The notes: generated by a model not told the origin, from the sequence alone. Positions 1 through 13,591 are shown, numbered from the stretch's first letter. The stretch: DNA of 64,000 nt from Octopus vulgaris (GCA_951406725.2 OX597815.1:74090001-74154000), one strand, 5' to 3'. A program made the numbers and translations.

Positions 1-295
1 AACAACTCAAATTTAACACATTTCCACTTCATATCTTCTCAAAATTACTTTTCAATTTAGTGACGCAGTTTTAATGAAATGTGAGAATATATCAAAAATA
101 AATACCAATTATACATCAAGTCTTTTCACAAGACACTTATCTGGTGTTATAGTTGAGACTGATAATTTAAGCTTACACCTTTTAACTGTATAATTTGATA
201 AGATTCTTTGATATAAATAGGGTAGAGAAATACAGATCTATATGTCACAGATACATAAAAGCTAAGTCTTCCCATACATTATTAAAATGACTTGA

Positions 296-338
<43 letters not shown>

Positions 339-769
339 TTACATATTTGTATTAGTTTCAGTGAGGCCAAACCTTCTAATGACCAATGCTTGCCTTTACT
401 TTCAACTCATGACGCTGTATGGTTCCCCTTTTTCAAGATTGCAGCCCTCTTTACCAATACCAAACAGGAATGCACAACATCAAAGTACAATGGAAAACAT
501 CTCACTTTCACCAAACTCACCATCCCCATTCAATCAAAACCAACAGGGCAGTGAGAAAATGAAATATGCCAACACTGCTGCAGTATATCCTATACAATAA
601 ATCACTGTATTTTACAATGCAGTGTGGTCTATATTTAGAGGCTACAGCATATCTAGGACACTGGGTCTAGCACTGCACCAAACCATTCAAACCCAATGGA
701 AGAGAGCCTCTATATTAGTGGCTCTCAACCTCGGTCCATATATGATTTTGTTGTTGAAATTCATGTGCA

Positions 770-960
770 ATAAATTAATTGAAGCTAGCATGCTCTACTG
801 GATGGGTAATGTCAGTGTGCATGCATGACAGAGTGTAAATGATCTAAGAGGAAAACTGGGTATTGGAGTCATCAGATGTTGTGTGAAAGAGAGAAGACTG
901 CACTGATTTGGTCATGTGAAACGTATGGAAGGGAACATCTGCATAAAGAAGTGCTGTGCT
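770..960 (+). mobile_element. RTE LINE fragment (C-terminal RT region)
   Basis: GAAGCTAGCATGCTCTACTGGATGGGTAATGTCAGTGTGCATGCA... aligns by eye with the long RTE copy at ~61370-61560 and the minus-strand copy at 24.6-24.9 kb (EASM..WM.NVSVH). Confidence 0.85.
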
Positions 961-974
961 CTAATTATTCTTTG

Positions 975-1279
975 TAAGCCCAGTACTTATTCTATCGGTC
1001 TCTTTTGCCGAACCGCTAAGTGACGGGGACCTAAACACACCAGCATCCGTTGTCAAGCAATGCTAGGGGGACAAACACAGACACACACACATACATATAC
1101 ATATATACATATATATGACAGGCTTCTTTCAGTTTCCGTCTACCAAATCCACTCACAAGGCATTGGTCGGCCCGGGGCTATAGCAGAAGACACTTGCCCA
1201 AGATGCCACGCAGTGGGACTGAACCCGGAACCAGGTAGTTGGTTAGCAAGCTACTTCCCACACAGCCACTCCTGCGCCT
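975..1279 (-). mobile_element. tRNA-derived SINE (abundant family starting AGGCGCAGGAGTGGCTGTGTGG)
   Basis: Minus strand shows A-box-like TGGCTGTGTGG and B-box-like GGTTCAGTCCC, the body GCCTTGTGAGTGGATTTGGTAGACGGAAACTGAAAGAAGCC and an internal microsatellite. Related partial copies at ~10745, 16570, 17105, 32160, 48330, 50160-50355, 51440, 53040, 55790, 56180, 62600. Confidence 0.85.
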
Positions 1280-1369
1280 ATATATACAAAATATTTTTAT
1301 TTTTTATACAATCCCTAATAATATGTAATTATAATACCATAGGATCTTTATATATATATATATATATAT

Positions 1370-1424
<55 letters not shown>

Positions 1425-2839
1425 CAACGAATTGGTATGAAGGTCCAATAGGAATCAAAAGGATCCATAAGCAAAAAATGGTTGAGAAACACTGCTTTAT
1501 ATATGATCGTGCGTTCTGGGAGGAATATAAGTTAAATCTCCATCATACTTGAGGGTCTTACAAACAGATGGCACACTGGATAATGTGATCCTAAATATAC
1601 TGTTTATGGAGAAGAGAGAGTACGAGTTAGTCGCAGTTAATAGGTTTTTGTTCATAAGTTTACTTGATCAGCGATGGCATGATACGAAACAATATAGAGT
1701 TATTTCCCTTGGAAGTTTATTTACAATCTTCTTCCATAGGGTGAAACTCGAAATTCGAGGTTAATAGTCATGGTCTGCGTCAGCAATCTATAGATAACAC
1801 AATAAGTTCGGTGGTATTTATAGGATAATTCAATAAGTTGAAGTACTGTGAAGAATATACAATCTAACGTTCGTGGCTTCTAACGTCCAGCGTCTGTGAC
1901 AGGGTTAAAGAGAGAAAGTGGTGTTTTCGTTTGGGCTGTTGATATAAAAAAAAATGGGAAGAAATTGAAATGCCGTTACAGACACGGTGCGGAGCAATTA
2001 GAAGTTTGTAGAGCAATGTGAACAAAGAGGTAACTAAAAATGTGGAAGGGGGAAATAAAAAAAGAATCAGAGTATTAAATAATTGGAGGTGACAATATTC
2101 ACGTAGACAAAATGTTTTTAAATAATTCGCAATAATGGTCAGTTTGGGTTATTTATTTCTAAGTTGTAAGGAAGACATTATTAAAACAACTTTTGTCCAC
2201 AATGGATACAGTAATGACATTTCAGGTTCGACATTAAATCACAGTATAAGTCTGACGGGTTTAAAATGGCATAAAATTTTGCATACCCAGTGGTGTGCAA
2301 AAAGGTACAATTAACGAAGAAAATTATGTTGTTTACATCTTGACCGGAAATGAAAATCAAAAAAAAAATATTGGAAAACTGTACGAGTATAAAAGTGTGT
2401 TGGTTATCAAGTTACAGAAAAGCGATGAAATTTAATACTTCATTATATACAATACTATTAAGAACTAGATGGAAATGTATCTAACCATTATAAAATGGGT
2501 AAAATAACTTTCACGATATAAAATAAGTATCACGCCAAAATTTACATACATACATACAAACATTACTATAAGACTAGAAAAGCTAAGGCTAATTCGTGAT
2601 AATGAAAAATATTGATTTAAGAATATTTATAATAAAAATTTCGTGAAATCTTGCTTTCAGAATATTTATTTTTACAGCTGTATATGTATTTTAAATGTAA
2701 ACATCATTCATTCAAAAGTTCATGTTATCAGTATTAATCTTAAAAATGCAGTTACGGTTTCAACTGCACATCTTTGATTTATTCACACTTCTGCTACGCT
2801 ATGGCCTTTTCTAGGAAAATAAATAATTACAAGACGTAA

Positions 2840-4800
2840 ACATACCGTAACCATTCTGTAATGAATAATTCCTATTCTCGCTTTCAAACAATTGGTTATG
2901 AACGATATAACTGTCCCAACAGGAAAGTAACAACTACGTTAAAGTATGTGATTATCTATTCTTACTTATAAGCGGAAACAATGACACGTAATTCCCCCAA
3001 AGTTAATCATATTTATTCATTCATACGAGTCCTCTCAATGATTCATATCTGAAGTCACACGATATAATGATTCAAACGGAAAAGCAAAACTGGAATAAGT
3101 ACAGGTTTGGATATTAAATACAATGTAAAACTACTGAGGTATATATAATACCCCAATCTCTAAATTTATCAGAGGAATCTAGTTAGCATAAGATATTCAT
3201 AAGATTTACAATTGTAACTGTCGTAAGAAGTTTCCAGTAGAAAAAAAAAACAATATAAAGTGGGTGTGGCAGATATTTACCCATTCAAAGTATATCGAAC
3301 AATTTAGTCTTTAAATAAATCTTACCAGTCACTTGGCTTCTGTGAACAACTGGATAAAGTTTTGTAGAAATATGATCTTGGGATATTTGTTCTTTCTTAT
3401 ACTTCATTAATCTAGTGATTCCACCTCGATATATGTAAATATTCTACCAACGTTGTTGACTCTTTAGAATTGCGATTTAGGATGTAACATAAACATTGAC
3501 GGGGCCCTGAATAGTTGACACAATATCAAATTCCATTTCTATCTGTTCTATTCTAACACAAGAGTTTACTTGGTTGTCATTCGTCCAGAATAGATATCAA
3601 AAATACTGACAATAAACTAGATAAACAACTATATAATTAATTCTAGTTTTGCCTTAACCAGTCAAAAGTAAAGACTGTTAACTCATGAATGTGTATCTGA
3701 GACCTAATTATCCAAGACTTTGAATGAAAACTTTTCCAAATTACACGGTCTAAATAAAATATTGTACATCAAGGGAAAAATTATTTTTGCTTTTCTCTTT
3801 TTTTTTTCCTAAATAAAATATATCACTATCAGAGTGATGACAGAACATAAAACTTATCTTTTCTTTTAAAAAAAAGGACTAAAGCAATAAATAAATGTGG
3901 CAATTTTATTGAGTAAAAACAAATATAACAAAATAATAAGTTTGCGCCGAAATATCCCAAGTGTTTATAAAATTCAAACTTTCTAAGAAAATAATTGGCT
4001 TCTTTTTTATGTTACAATGTATTTTTCCAGAACTTGGAACCTGTTTGCAACATTGGATATGGAGATTTCTGTCATTCTAGTTAACGAGGAGGGCTGTAGT
4101 TTTTTTTGTTTTGTTTGTTTTTTTCCATAGATATATAATATATTTAAAGTTTGGAAATTGTTAAGAATTTTACAGTAAACATTTATCGAAATATAAAATG
4201 TATAAATAATGTTCCTAAACACTTACATCGCTTCGGTTTAATGTTGACAACTTGATCCCCACAATATATTTTTTTCTTTCAAAACAATATTCCAATTCTA
4301 ATAGACTAATTCCAAGAACGGTCGACTCGTTCCTTAGTCTGTTGGTCGCCGAGTAATTAGAAGGTTCCCGGACGAATCATGGAGAAAGAATCGTTGGTTG
4401 AATTCAAAAACTTGGTTCTGAACATGGAAAGTTTTATTTAGGAAATGACATAAAATAAAATAATCAATTGAGATGTTAATTTATTTCATGGGTGTTTTCT
4501 CCTTTTTCCATCGTCATATTAAATATAAATATAAACATAAATACGCATAAATATTACAGTTGTCATAAACTTACAATCTTCGTGTAAAGTTCATTACCTT
4601 ACATCATTTCGTAAAATTTTTATTTCAAATTTTAAATTTTACAATACACTAAGAAATATATTTAAAAAATTTTCTTACGAAAAACTATAAATATGGGGGA
4701 GCCTGATTTTACTTTAAACACTTGTTATCAAATCTACGTTTCCGTTTGATTGAATTAGCAAACGAGTTTCATTTTTAGCCGCCATCTTGAATAAGTCATT
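2840..4800 (-). promoter_or_regulatory. Putative promoter / 5' leader exons of a minus-strand host gene
   Basis: Transposon-free, CpG-retaining island. YY1-type motif CAAGATGGCGGC on the minus strand at ~4778-4789. Minus-strand splice-donor consensus sites at 4574 (GTAAGT), 4226 (GTAAGT), 3325 (GTAAGA) and 2845 (GTATGT). No long ORF, so the gene cannot be named. Confidence 0.45.
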
Positions 4801-7800
4801 CAGATATTTCATCTGATATTTATCTAAGTTGACTTCATACACTCTTAAAATGTGCTGTTTTAATTATTTAAAAATAGTCATCATATAAAATACATGATTA
4901 AGAAATTTTGTTTATACGAAAATTATTACGAAGCTCTCTGTTTGCAATCTTGATATTTGTAAAAGTTTGTGTCAAAGATTTCTCAATAAATAAGTTTGGT
5001 TTAGAATAGATAGTAGGTTCTCTTTCTGAACAAGCTTTCAAAATAAAGAGATGATTTTAATTTTTTTTTTCTTTTCACAGATCTATAACAATAATATTTT
5101 GTTGATATACTTCCAAACTCAAATTTTGGTGGAATTCAATACAAAGCAAAAAGTGAAATAATTTATAGTCCTTAAGCAAAATGTTTCCATTAGTATTAGG
5201 AAATAGGAGAATTATAAAAAAAATTCAAAACTGCTCATAAGAAAATACAACAAAGACAAAATTTTTGCCATATACAAATGATTTCTTCTATGCTAATAGA
5301 AGTAGAAACCATTTTACAAATACAATAAGTTTTACTTTATGTAACTTCTAACAAAAATTCTAGAGTAAATTGAGAGACACCTGAATATCAAATAAAGACT
5401 GAAAGTATCTGAAGTGTTTCATACCCCACCTCCAGCCTATCTTAGAAGTAAACTTTGAACAGTTGTACATATAAAGTGGCCTTTTTCATATTTGCTTAAA
5501 CAACTTTGCACATAAAGTCATAGGTTACACATATGTATACACACACATACACATTTTGTTCTCTCTTTATCCACCATTTTGTTCTTTCTTTCTTTCCTGC
5601 TTGGTGAGCCATGTATTTCCTCTACAACAAGACACCTGTTCCTGTCACTTTATCATATGTTAACCTCTCGACACCTGCCATAAAGCCACCTCCTTCAATA
5701 CTATACCCTCACTCAGTTGAGGGGTTTTATCTAGTGAGTTACTCGGTAACCTCACTATAGCTGAAACCATGAAAAAAAGCACTCAGTATATGCTATAAAG
5801 TGGTTGGCATTAGGAAGGGCATCCAGCATAGAAACTACTCAAAGCAGATATTGAAGCTTGACACAGCCCTCCACCTTGTCAGATCTTGTCAAACCAGTTT
5901 ATCCATGTCAGCATAGAAGACAGATGTTAAATGATGATGATGATATATTATTGTATTGGATTTTTTAAAAATTCAAACTGTACTTGGAAAAACTAACAAA
6001 TGATTACAGCTTTAATTGATTTTAACATGCTTCTCTTCTTTGCATATATAAAACAAGAAAACATTGCATCACACTCTTCTTAATCTTGAAAACTTCCAAC
6101 CAGAGGCTTCACAATCACTCCAAATATTGGATCTCACAATCTCTGAAGAACTTTCTAGCTGAAAGCACATTCTTAACATAGTTAGGACTACATCTCACTG
6201 ACTAACCCTTCCTTCTAGAGCTAGAAGATATTTCATCTTCTCCTAACAATCAGTGACACTACAAAACTTAGGTGAGGCCTACAATAGAGTATTGTTCTCA
6301 CATCTGAGATGCTACTGCTGCTGTTGCAAATGCAGATGTTCTAAACCACATCCCCCAAAAAAGACTACCCCCTTCACTGGATTAAACTCATAGACATGCA
6401 CCAGCCTCTGGCCCATAGACATGCTGTCTCCTCTCTGCTTTTTCTATTGCCTGCCACTACAAGGGTCTGTGCATCTTAGAGTTGAATGGGTTCATGCCAC
6501 CCCCATCTAGACATTCTTCTCACTCCCTTAAGCCAATTCTTATTGATACCCATACCCATATCTCACTCTTAACAAGGTCTTATGTCTACCATTGACTATG
6601 CCCCACCTTTATTCACTACATTTAACTCTATGCACCTTTGATCACCTCCACCCCTGTCACTGTATGTCTCTTATTCCCTAGCCACCCTACCTGTCTTCTC
6701 CTTGCCTCTCATCCCTCCTTTATCTGCTATATTATTCTGCTACTCTTCACTCTTTATACTGTCAGTTGTCACTTCCTTTCCCATGAACCACTTCTATTGA
6801 TGTTCATTCCTCAATCTTATCATAATGCCTTCATTCATGGCTCCATCAACCACAGCTCCACCCTTGTTCCTATTCACTACATTCACTCCTACCCTCTACC
6901 TCTAACCATTTTTCACTCTCCCCTCCAATATTCTTACAACCTTTACATTTACACATCTACCCTTCCTGATTTTCTTCACTTATTCTTTTCACTTTCTTGT
7001 ACTTTGAGGGTACACCCTGACAACTTGTTTCACCATCTTTAATCTCTCTTTCCAGCTCCACTCCATCCACCCATCTTTATATGATGTGGAATTGCCATGA
7101 ATCCCCTCTTCTACAGGAAGCCTGTTCCTTCTATCATACATTAACCTCCCAACACCTAGCATAAAACCACCTCCCTCTCTACTATATTCCTATGGACCCT
7201 GGTTGAGAACCATTGATCAGCTGTATCATCATTACTTGACAACTCATTACTAGCATTTTATCTCTTTCCAGCTCCACCTGACTATTCTCCCTTTTTCTGT
7301 AGCCTCTCTACAGCAAGAAACCTATTCTTCCTCTTTCTTTCATACTTTAACCCATCATCTAGCACAAGGCTGCCCCCTCCCACCCTAACAGCACATAGTC
7401 TTGCAAATTGCATGGCAATCTAACTTGCATTGGTGGCACACAAAAAAAGCATTTAGAGCATGCTATAAAGCGGTAGATGTTAAGAAGGGCATTCAGCAGT
7501 AGAAGCCATACCAAACCAGACACTGCAGCACAATGCAGTCTTTGAACCCATCACATCCTGTCAACCAATGCCAGCATAGAGCATGGATGTTAAATGATGA
7601 TGATGATAATGATTCATGAATCAGTGTAACAATCTAAGTGAAAGTAGACAACACATGACCCATTCAGGTTATAAAATCTTGAAGCTGGTTTCAACATTGT
7701 ATTGAAATGAAAGTTAATTTTATGATGATTCAGCTAAATATTTCAAGTCGTTCATGTCATCATAGATCTGGTTTACAAGTTCATGTTTAAGGTTTTTATG

Positions 7801-7944
7801 ATTATTTACAGCATCTAATAGAAATAGAATTTCCAGGATAAACTTGAATTCCAGTAACAACATTTATTTATGGCAGATGTGCACACTTCTACAAAAATGC
7901 AAAAGGAATTGTTATATAGCATAAACATAAAATTAATGGAAACA

Positions 7945-10093
7945 ATTTTCCCATTTCAGGGTTATGCTACTTTCAGAGAATTTTCCCATTATGCACCGTT
8001 TTGGCTATTTATGAAGGTACCCCAAAAAAACATGTATCTTAGGAATCTGTGGTTCGATTTAAGCAAAACTTGTTTTTTTCCATTTATATTTACATTTCAG
8101 GGGTACCTTACTGTTAGAGTATTTTCTCTTTATGTGCTGGTTTGGCTGTATTACATTACACACAAGCAAGCACTCAAAAAAAACTGGCATAACTACAGTT
8201 GTGTATCCACCCCCGACTTTGTTGCCTCATAACTTCCAGAAAAATGGATACTTTTTAATGAAATTTTCAACAAATACCACTTAGATGCTGTGGATTCAGA
8301 GTATATAGAGATTTATGGGAAAGAATTTTTTTCAAGGGGGTAGGGAGAGGAGTTTCAGAAAATTCGCTTGATTCGAATTTTCTTCCTCATAACTTTCAGG
8401 AAAATGGATTTCTTCTATTGAAATTTGATACAAATACCTTTCAAATGGCATAGATTATTATTATAAAGAAATTTGTGGGAAAAATTTTTTCTGAGGAATT
8501 TGGGAGAGGAGTTTCAGATCAGGAAGACCAAATAAGTTGGAACTATTCCATTTTGACGGGGATTTTTCCCATTTTTTAATCCACGGCCTTTAAAATGATG
8601 TTGGTTGGGAACATCTTGTTATGAAAAATGTTTAAAAACTTTTTTGTACCCACCTTCCATCATCCCACTCTGTACCAATTTTGGCCAGTTTTTTTGTTTT
8701 GCACTTCAAAATCATAGTAAAAAAAAATATTTAAAAAATTGTTAATATTTTCAGAGGAAAAAGTGAGTGATTTAAGGGAGATTTGGCAGCTGTTTCTAGT
8801 GTATCCCAAGACAACTCTCCTCATTTTTTTTCACTCTTGAATGTATCAAGGTTTTTCAATATTTCACTCTCCATGAATACATTTATATGCTATAAAAAAC
8901 ACAAATTTGAAAAACCATGATTGTTTTTGCAACCCCGCTCTCTGCCCCCGATTGTTTCTGTTTATAAATTAAAATATTAGAGAGCTTGAGAAGGTCATTG
9001 CTGGCATTTATCCACAGTCATATCATCATCATCATCATCATCATCATTTAACGTCCGTTTTCCACGCTAGCACGGGTTGGACGGTTTCGACCGGGGTGTA
9101 AACGATAATTCATTTTAATAGCATACTTTTCTGTTAGAAAATATTTTTTCTTACATGCACACACACCTTCACTTGACTGAGGTGGGGGTAAGAATTTAAA
9201 TTACAATTTTTATTTGTAGCTTATATTCCACCAATGGACCACATGTGTGCAACTTTGACATCATCATTCCATAAAATGTGTTTAATAGGCAAAAAATATT
9301 GGGAAAACATTAATACATGTGAGTGTGAAAATGGAGGATGGTTTGAGATATGCTAGAAACAACAGCCAAATCTCCCTTGAATCGTATACCTTTTCCTCAA
9401 GAATTAAATTTTTTTTTACCGCAAAGGCTCTTCCCATGGTTTTAAGTTATAAAAAAAAGTTGGCCAAAATCGACCTTGAGTGGGATGTTGAAGAATTTCA
9501 AAAGTTTCTTAAACTTTTTTTCATAAAAAGATCCCAACCCCTATCATTTCGAAGGCTGTGGGGAAATTAAAAAAATGTGAAAAATCCCTGTCAAAACAGA
9601 ATAGCTCCAACTTATTTGACCTTCCTGACCTGAAACTTTGTTTTTCCAAAACTCCTCTCTCCACCCCCTCGGAAAAATTCTTTCCTATAAATCCCTTTAT
9701 ACTCTGAATCCACAGCATCTACGTGGTATTTGTTGAAAATTTTGTTAAAAAGTATCCATTTTTCTGGAAGTTATGAGACAACAAAGTTGGTGGGTACACA
9801 TCCGTAGTTAGGCCAACAAAACCATCCAGGTGTTCGCAGTAAAGGGCAATAACTCCAAGTTCAACTGCTTAGATTTGTGGAAACAATCCCAAAAAGACCC
9901 CGTATCTCAGGAATCCCTAGTCAGATTTACATGAAACTTGTTATATTCCGTTAGCATTCACATTTCAGGGTACTTTCCTTTCAGAGTATTTTCCCATTAT
10001 GCGCCACTTCGGCTGTATTAAATTACAGACAGGCACAAACTCAAGCAAGATTGCAAGCAAGCAAGCAATCACACAGTTTTAGTAGTATATAGA
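7945..10093. mobile_element. Composite non-autonomous DNA element (MITE/Helitron-like) with internal inverted and direct duplications
   Basis: 8183-8365 is an inverted copy of ~9640-9815 (CCTCATAACTTCCAGAAAAATGGATACTTTTT...GATGCTGTGGATTCAGAGTAT). 8090-8175 is a direct copy of ~9958-10045. It ends ...TAGTATATAGAT, like the Helitron 5' ends elsewhere in the window. Confidence 0.5.
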
Positions 10094-10219
10094 TAAATTT
10101 GACAGCAAAAATATAGAAATATATGTCAGAGAAATTTCACATCTCTAAAATTAGGTATAATTAATGAATGACTGTGAAACTAGTCAATGTTATTTATCAA
10201 TGTTATTATTATCATTAAA

Positions 10220-10435
10220 TAGGCAGCAAGCCAGCAGAATCGTTAGCTTGCTGGATGAAATGCTTAGTGGTATTTCACCTGTTACTACATTCGGAATTCA
10301 AATTCTGTCAAGGTCAACTTTGCCTTTCATCCTTTTGGGCTCAATAAATTAAGAACCAGTGAAACACTGGAGTCGATGTACAACTTATCCCCTCCCCCAA
10401 AATGGCTGCCCTTGTTGCAAAATTTGAAACCATTA
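10220..10435 (+). mobile_element. tRNA-headed SINE with Nin/Deu-like core
   Basis: AGGCAGCAAGCCAGCAGAATCGTTAGC...GAAATGCTTAG...TTTGCCTTTCATCCTTTTGGG...CAAAATTTGAAACC followed by an (ATT)n tail. Further copies at 16810-17020 (-), 29110-29323 (+), 42655-42870 (+), 47320-47510 (-) and 47525-47725 (-). Confidence 0.8.
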
Positions 10436-11098
10436 TTATTATTATCATTAAAAATGTTCTGAGGATATATTTTGACATCTGACCTTTAGAGGATTAGTAT
10501 TTGAAAGGAAGTTGTACCATTAATTTACACAAACTTGATATGAATAATAATGTCTTATTGTCAGAAAGAAAAACTGTTGTTAATTGACATGGTAGCAATA
10601 TATAACTGATACTTTATTTTTAATTACACAATAGAAATGGAATGCCAAGTTAGCCCTAGGGAATTTGAACTAAAAATTGACAAGTATTGAACTTGACAGC
10701 ATAAAGTTTCTTGTATCTAGTTTGGGGTATTTCAACAATCTTTGCCTGACAGGCTTCCACACAGTTTCCATTTACCAAATTTGCACAAGGCATTAGTCAA
10801 CCTGAGGCTTTAGTAAAAGACATTTGCTTAAAATACTTTGCAGTTGGACCGAACCTGAAACTCTTCTTAAGACCAATCAGTTTATAGTATGTACTGGGTG
10901 TCTTCTTATTTGTGCCACTGGCATGATTGAAGTCACCATGTAGCTCACAAGTCAACAAACGGAGGGAGGGAGGATGTTGTTACTGTATGTTAGATGGAGA
11001 TTAAGGTATAAGGGAGGAGGTTGGGGTAGAGCAGATTCTTATTGTAGAGGAGCTACATAGCTACTCAGGATATATATGTGTGTGTATATATATATATA

Positions 11099-11979
11099 CT
11101 AGCTTAAGGTGACCCGCTCTACGCGCGGGTAAGTGTGTGGTTGTTACTTTCTGTTGCTGCCTTTCTGTTTTTTATCACCACATTCTCCCTCTTTGTTTCT
11201 CTCTCCTTTCTCTCTCACTTTCCCACTCTCTTACTCTTCATTTCTCTTGGACTCTCCCTCACTTTCTCTTATTCTCTATCTTTCTCTATCTTCCTCTCTC
11301 CCATTTATAAACAACAAAAGATCTTGAGTAAGTTGAGAAAGAAAATATTTTGAAAGATCAATCATAAATATCAAGCAGTGACAACGGAAAGATCTGCTTC
11401 GAGGCAGACAGCAAAACACTAACATTTAAAAGGGACAGACAAACTTGCGAGCTGAATGAAAATAAAAAAAATATTAGAAACCAAAGTTTGAAGGGATAGA
11501 ATCTGAAGATAGTAGAGTCACCATGGCTGGCATTTCTTAATGACGGACAGCAACGTAGTGGCAGTTTAACGGCTGGCGTAAAATTTTGAACTTGATGTAA
11601 AAGAAAATTCCTAAACACCAAACTTTGAAGTGATTCTTTCTCACAACAGTAGACTCACCATGGCAAGCATTCAAAACTTCATCATAGACGGCAACACATT
11701 GACGATTTAAAGGCTGGTGCAAATTTTTTAGCTTCATGTAACAGAGAATTCCTAAACACCCGCTCCTGTAAATTTTAATCCCCTTCAAGCCCCATTTAGA
11801 CCTCTTTTCACATTTTGGTTAATATAACCTGATTTCATTCAGGTCTACTCAGGCCACATTTTATAAGATGAGGAATTTTGTCCTTTCAATCAAGGAAAAA
11901 AATAGTTGCCATGCAAACTCACCAGCACTTTTAACATAGGTGTGCATATTTTCAGCACAACCAACCACATAATGCACAC

Positions 11980-11980
<1 letters not shown>
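11099..11980 (-). mobile_element. Non-autonomous Helitron (5' end uncertain)
   Basis: Plus strand A|CTAG followed by the hairpin ACCCGC-TCTACGC-GCGGGT is a Helitron 3' terminus on the minus strand. Contains an internal ~120-bp tandem duplication (~11480-11760). Confidence 0.6.
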
Positions 11981-12016
<36 letters not shown>

Positions 12017-12212
12017 GCATTATATATGTATGTGTGTGTGTGTGTATGTGTGTACACATTATATATACAAATGTATACAAATTATATATATATATATATA
12101 TATATATACCGGAGTAAACACATAAATGTGAAACAAGGTGGAAAAAAGAGTACTCAAATACCAGTGGTAGAGTAATATGCTTTATTTTAAGCAGCAGAAA
12201 ATTCAACAAAAT

Positions 12213-12250
12213 CTGTTACTCTGAGTTTCTCGTTGCCGTTCATCAGACAG
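12213..12250 (-). ncRNA. Minimal type I hammerhead ribozyme motif
   Basis: Minus strand reads CTGT-CTGATGA-A CG GCAA CG A-GAAAC TCAGA GTA-ACAG: stem I CTGT/ACAG, GNRA-capped stem II, near-palindromic stem III, GUA cleavage triplet. Confidence 0.7.
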
Positions 12251-12258
12251 TTTTTGAA

Positions 12259-12296
12259 CTGTCTGATGAACGGCAACAAGAAACTCAGAGTAACAG
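12259..12296 (+). ncRNA. Minimal type I hammerhead ribozyme motif (stem II damaged)
   Basis: CTGT-CTGATGA-ACGGCAACAA-GAAAC TCAGA GTA-ACAG; mirror copy of 12213-12250 with one stem II substitution. Confidence 0.6.
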
Positions 12297-12354
12297 ATTT
12301 TGTTGAATTTTCTGCTGCTTAAAATAAAGTATATATATATATATATAAATTGGG

Positions 12355-12714
12355 GCAAGCGAAATCGAAATCGAATTGAACCAGCCAGGATCTCTGGTCT
12401 GGTGGTACGTAAAAAGCACTATCCGACTCATGGCTGATGCCAGCACCGCCTCGACTGGGTTCCGTGCCGGTGGCACGTAAAATACACCAATCCGACCGTG
12501 GCCGTTGCCAGCCTCGCCTAGCACCTGTGCAGGTGGCACGTAAAAAGCACCCTCTACACTCACAGAGTGGTTGGCGTTAGGAAGGGCATCCAGCTGTAGA
12601 AACATTGCCAGATAAGACTGGAGCCTGGTGCAGCCTTCTGGCTTCCCAGATCCCCGGTCGAACCGTCCAACCCATGCTAGCATGGAGAACGGACGTTAAA
12701 CGATGATGATGATG
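12355..12714 (+). mobile_element. RTE LINE 3' end (5'-truncated copy, or SINE sharing the RTE tail)
   Basis: ~50-bp GGTGGCACGTAAAAAGCAC repeats, GGTTGGCGTTAGGAAGGGCATCCAGCTGTAGAAAC...CCAACCCATGCTAGCATGG...GTTAAA and a (GAT)n tail, matching the 3' end of the long RTE at 61690-62229. Similar copies near 5760, 7430, 9022, 18190, 26645, 27040, 27360-27930, 30040, 30700, 40990, 52455, 52810 and 57830. Confidence 0.8.
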
Positions 12715-13591
12715 AAATTAAATTAGAGATAAAACTCCTATTAGGCAAATCAAACAGTGAAAAACATAAACCAAAACGTAAAAATAAAAATATAATATAC
12801 AAAATATATAAAATATAAAATTTAAAAATTTAAATTATTCAAATTTAAAATTAAAATTATTAATTTATTTTTATAATTTAAAAAAAATATATATATAACT
12901 ATCAAAAAGTATTAAAAAGTTTAATATACATAAATACAGATATATACACTTTGTATATATACATTATAAATACATATTTATAAATAGAACACACACACAC
13001 ATGTAAATTAACCCAATAAATATCTGATTCATAATATTTGTTCTCATGATTGTGTGGTGGTGGTGGCGATGATAATTCTCTCTATGAATGCAGACAGACG
13101 TAGAGAGAGAGAGAGAGAGTGTGTGTGAAAGCGCTGTCGAAGGCGGGGAGGGGGGGAGATATAGGACGCTGTGAAACGACGTTATATATAGAAAGTGATG
13201 GGAAGGGAGGAAAGAGAGTGAGTGATGGAGGAAGACAGATACATAAAAGAATGAGAGAAGACTTGTCAAAGTGCGTTTTTGGCCCTAGCAACGACACCTT
13301 TTAAGATGGGGATTTCTAACCTAGTCACTCGCATCCTCACCTCATTTTACATGTCCTTGTAAATTTTGGAGTCAATCCGACGGGATCTAGTGGCCTTTAA
13401 CCTGTTCTCAATGCGAAAACCAGACAAACAAACAAACTTTTTGCATATATATATATATATATATATACACATACATAAATACATACATATATAAATATAT
13501 ATATATATATGTGACCAGTATGTGACCTCGTGAAGACTACCTGTAAGTTTTTTTCTCTGTCCTCCCGTCTCGGGATCTTTCTTTCTCCTAT

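Larger units (their letters stand above)
12108..12334. mobile_element. Penelope-like/retrozyme-like short element forming a 78-bp-arm palindrome
   Basis: 12175-12252 and 12257-12334 are inverted repeats with 2 mismatches and a TTTG spacer. Each arm contains a hammerhead motif. Flanked by (TA)n. Confidence 0.7.

Noticed and set aside
292-600. 102-aa ORF
   Set aside because: Begins in a (TA)n run and has no recognisable domain or splice support; adjacent to LINE debris.
4226-4430. Minus-strand overlapping short frames suggesting an antizyme-like +1 frameshift
   Set aside because: No UCC-UGA site and no antizyme-like peptide; more likely UTR sequence.
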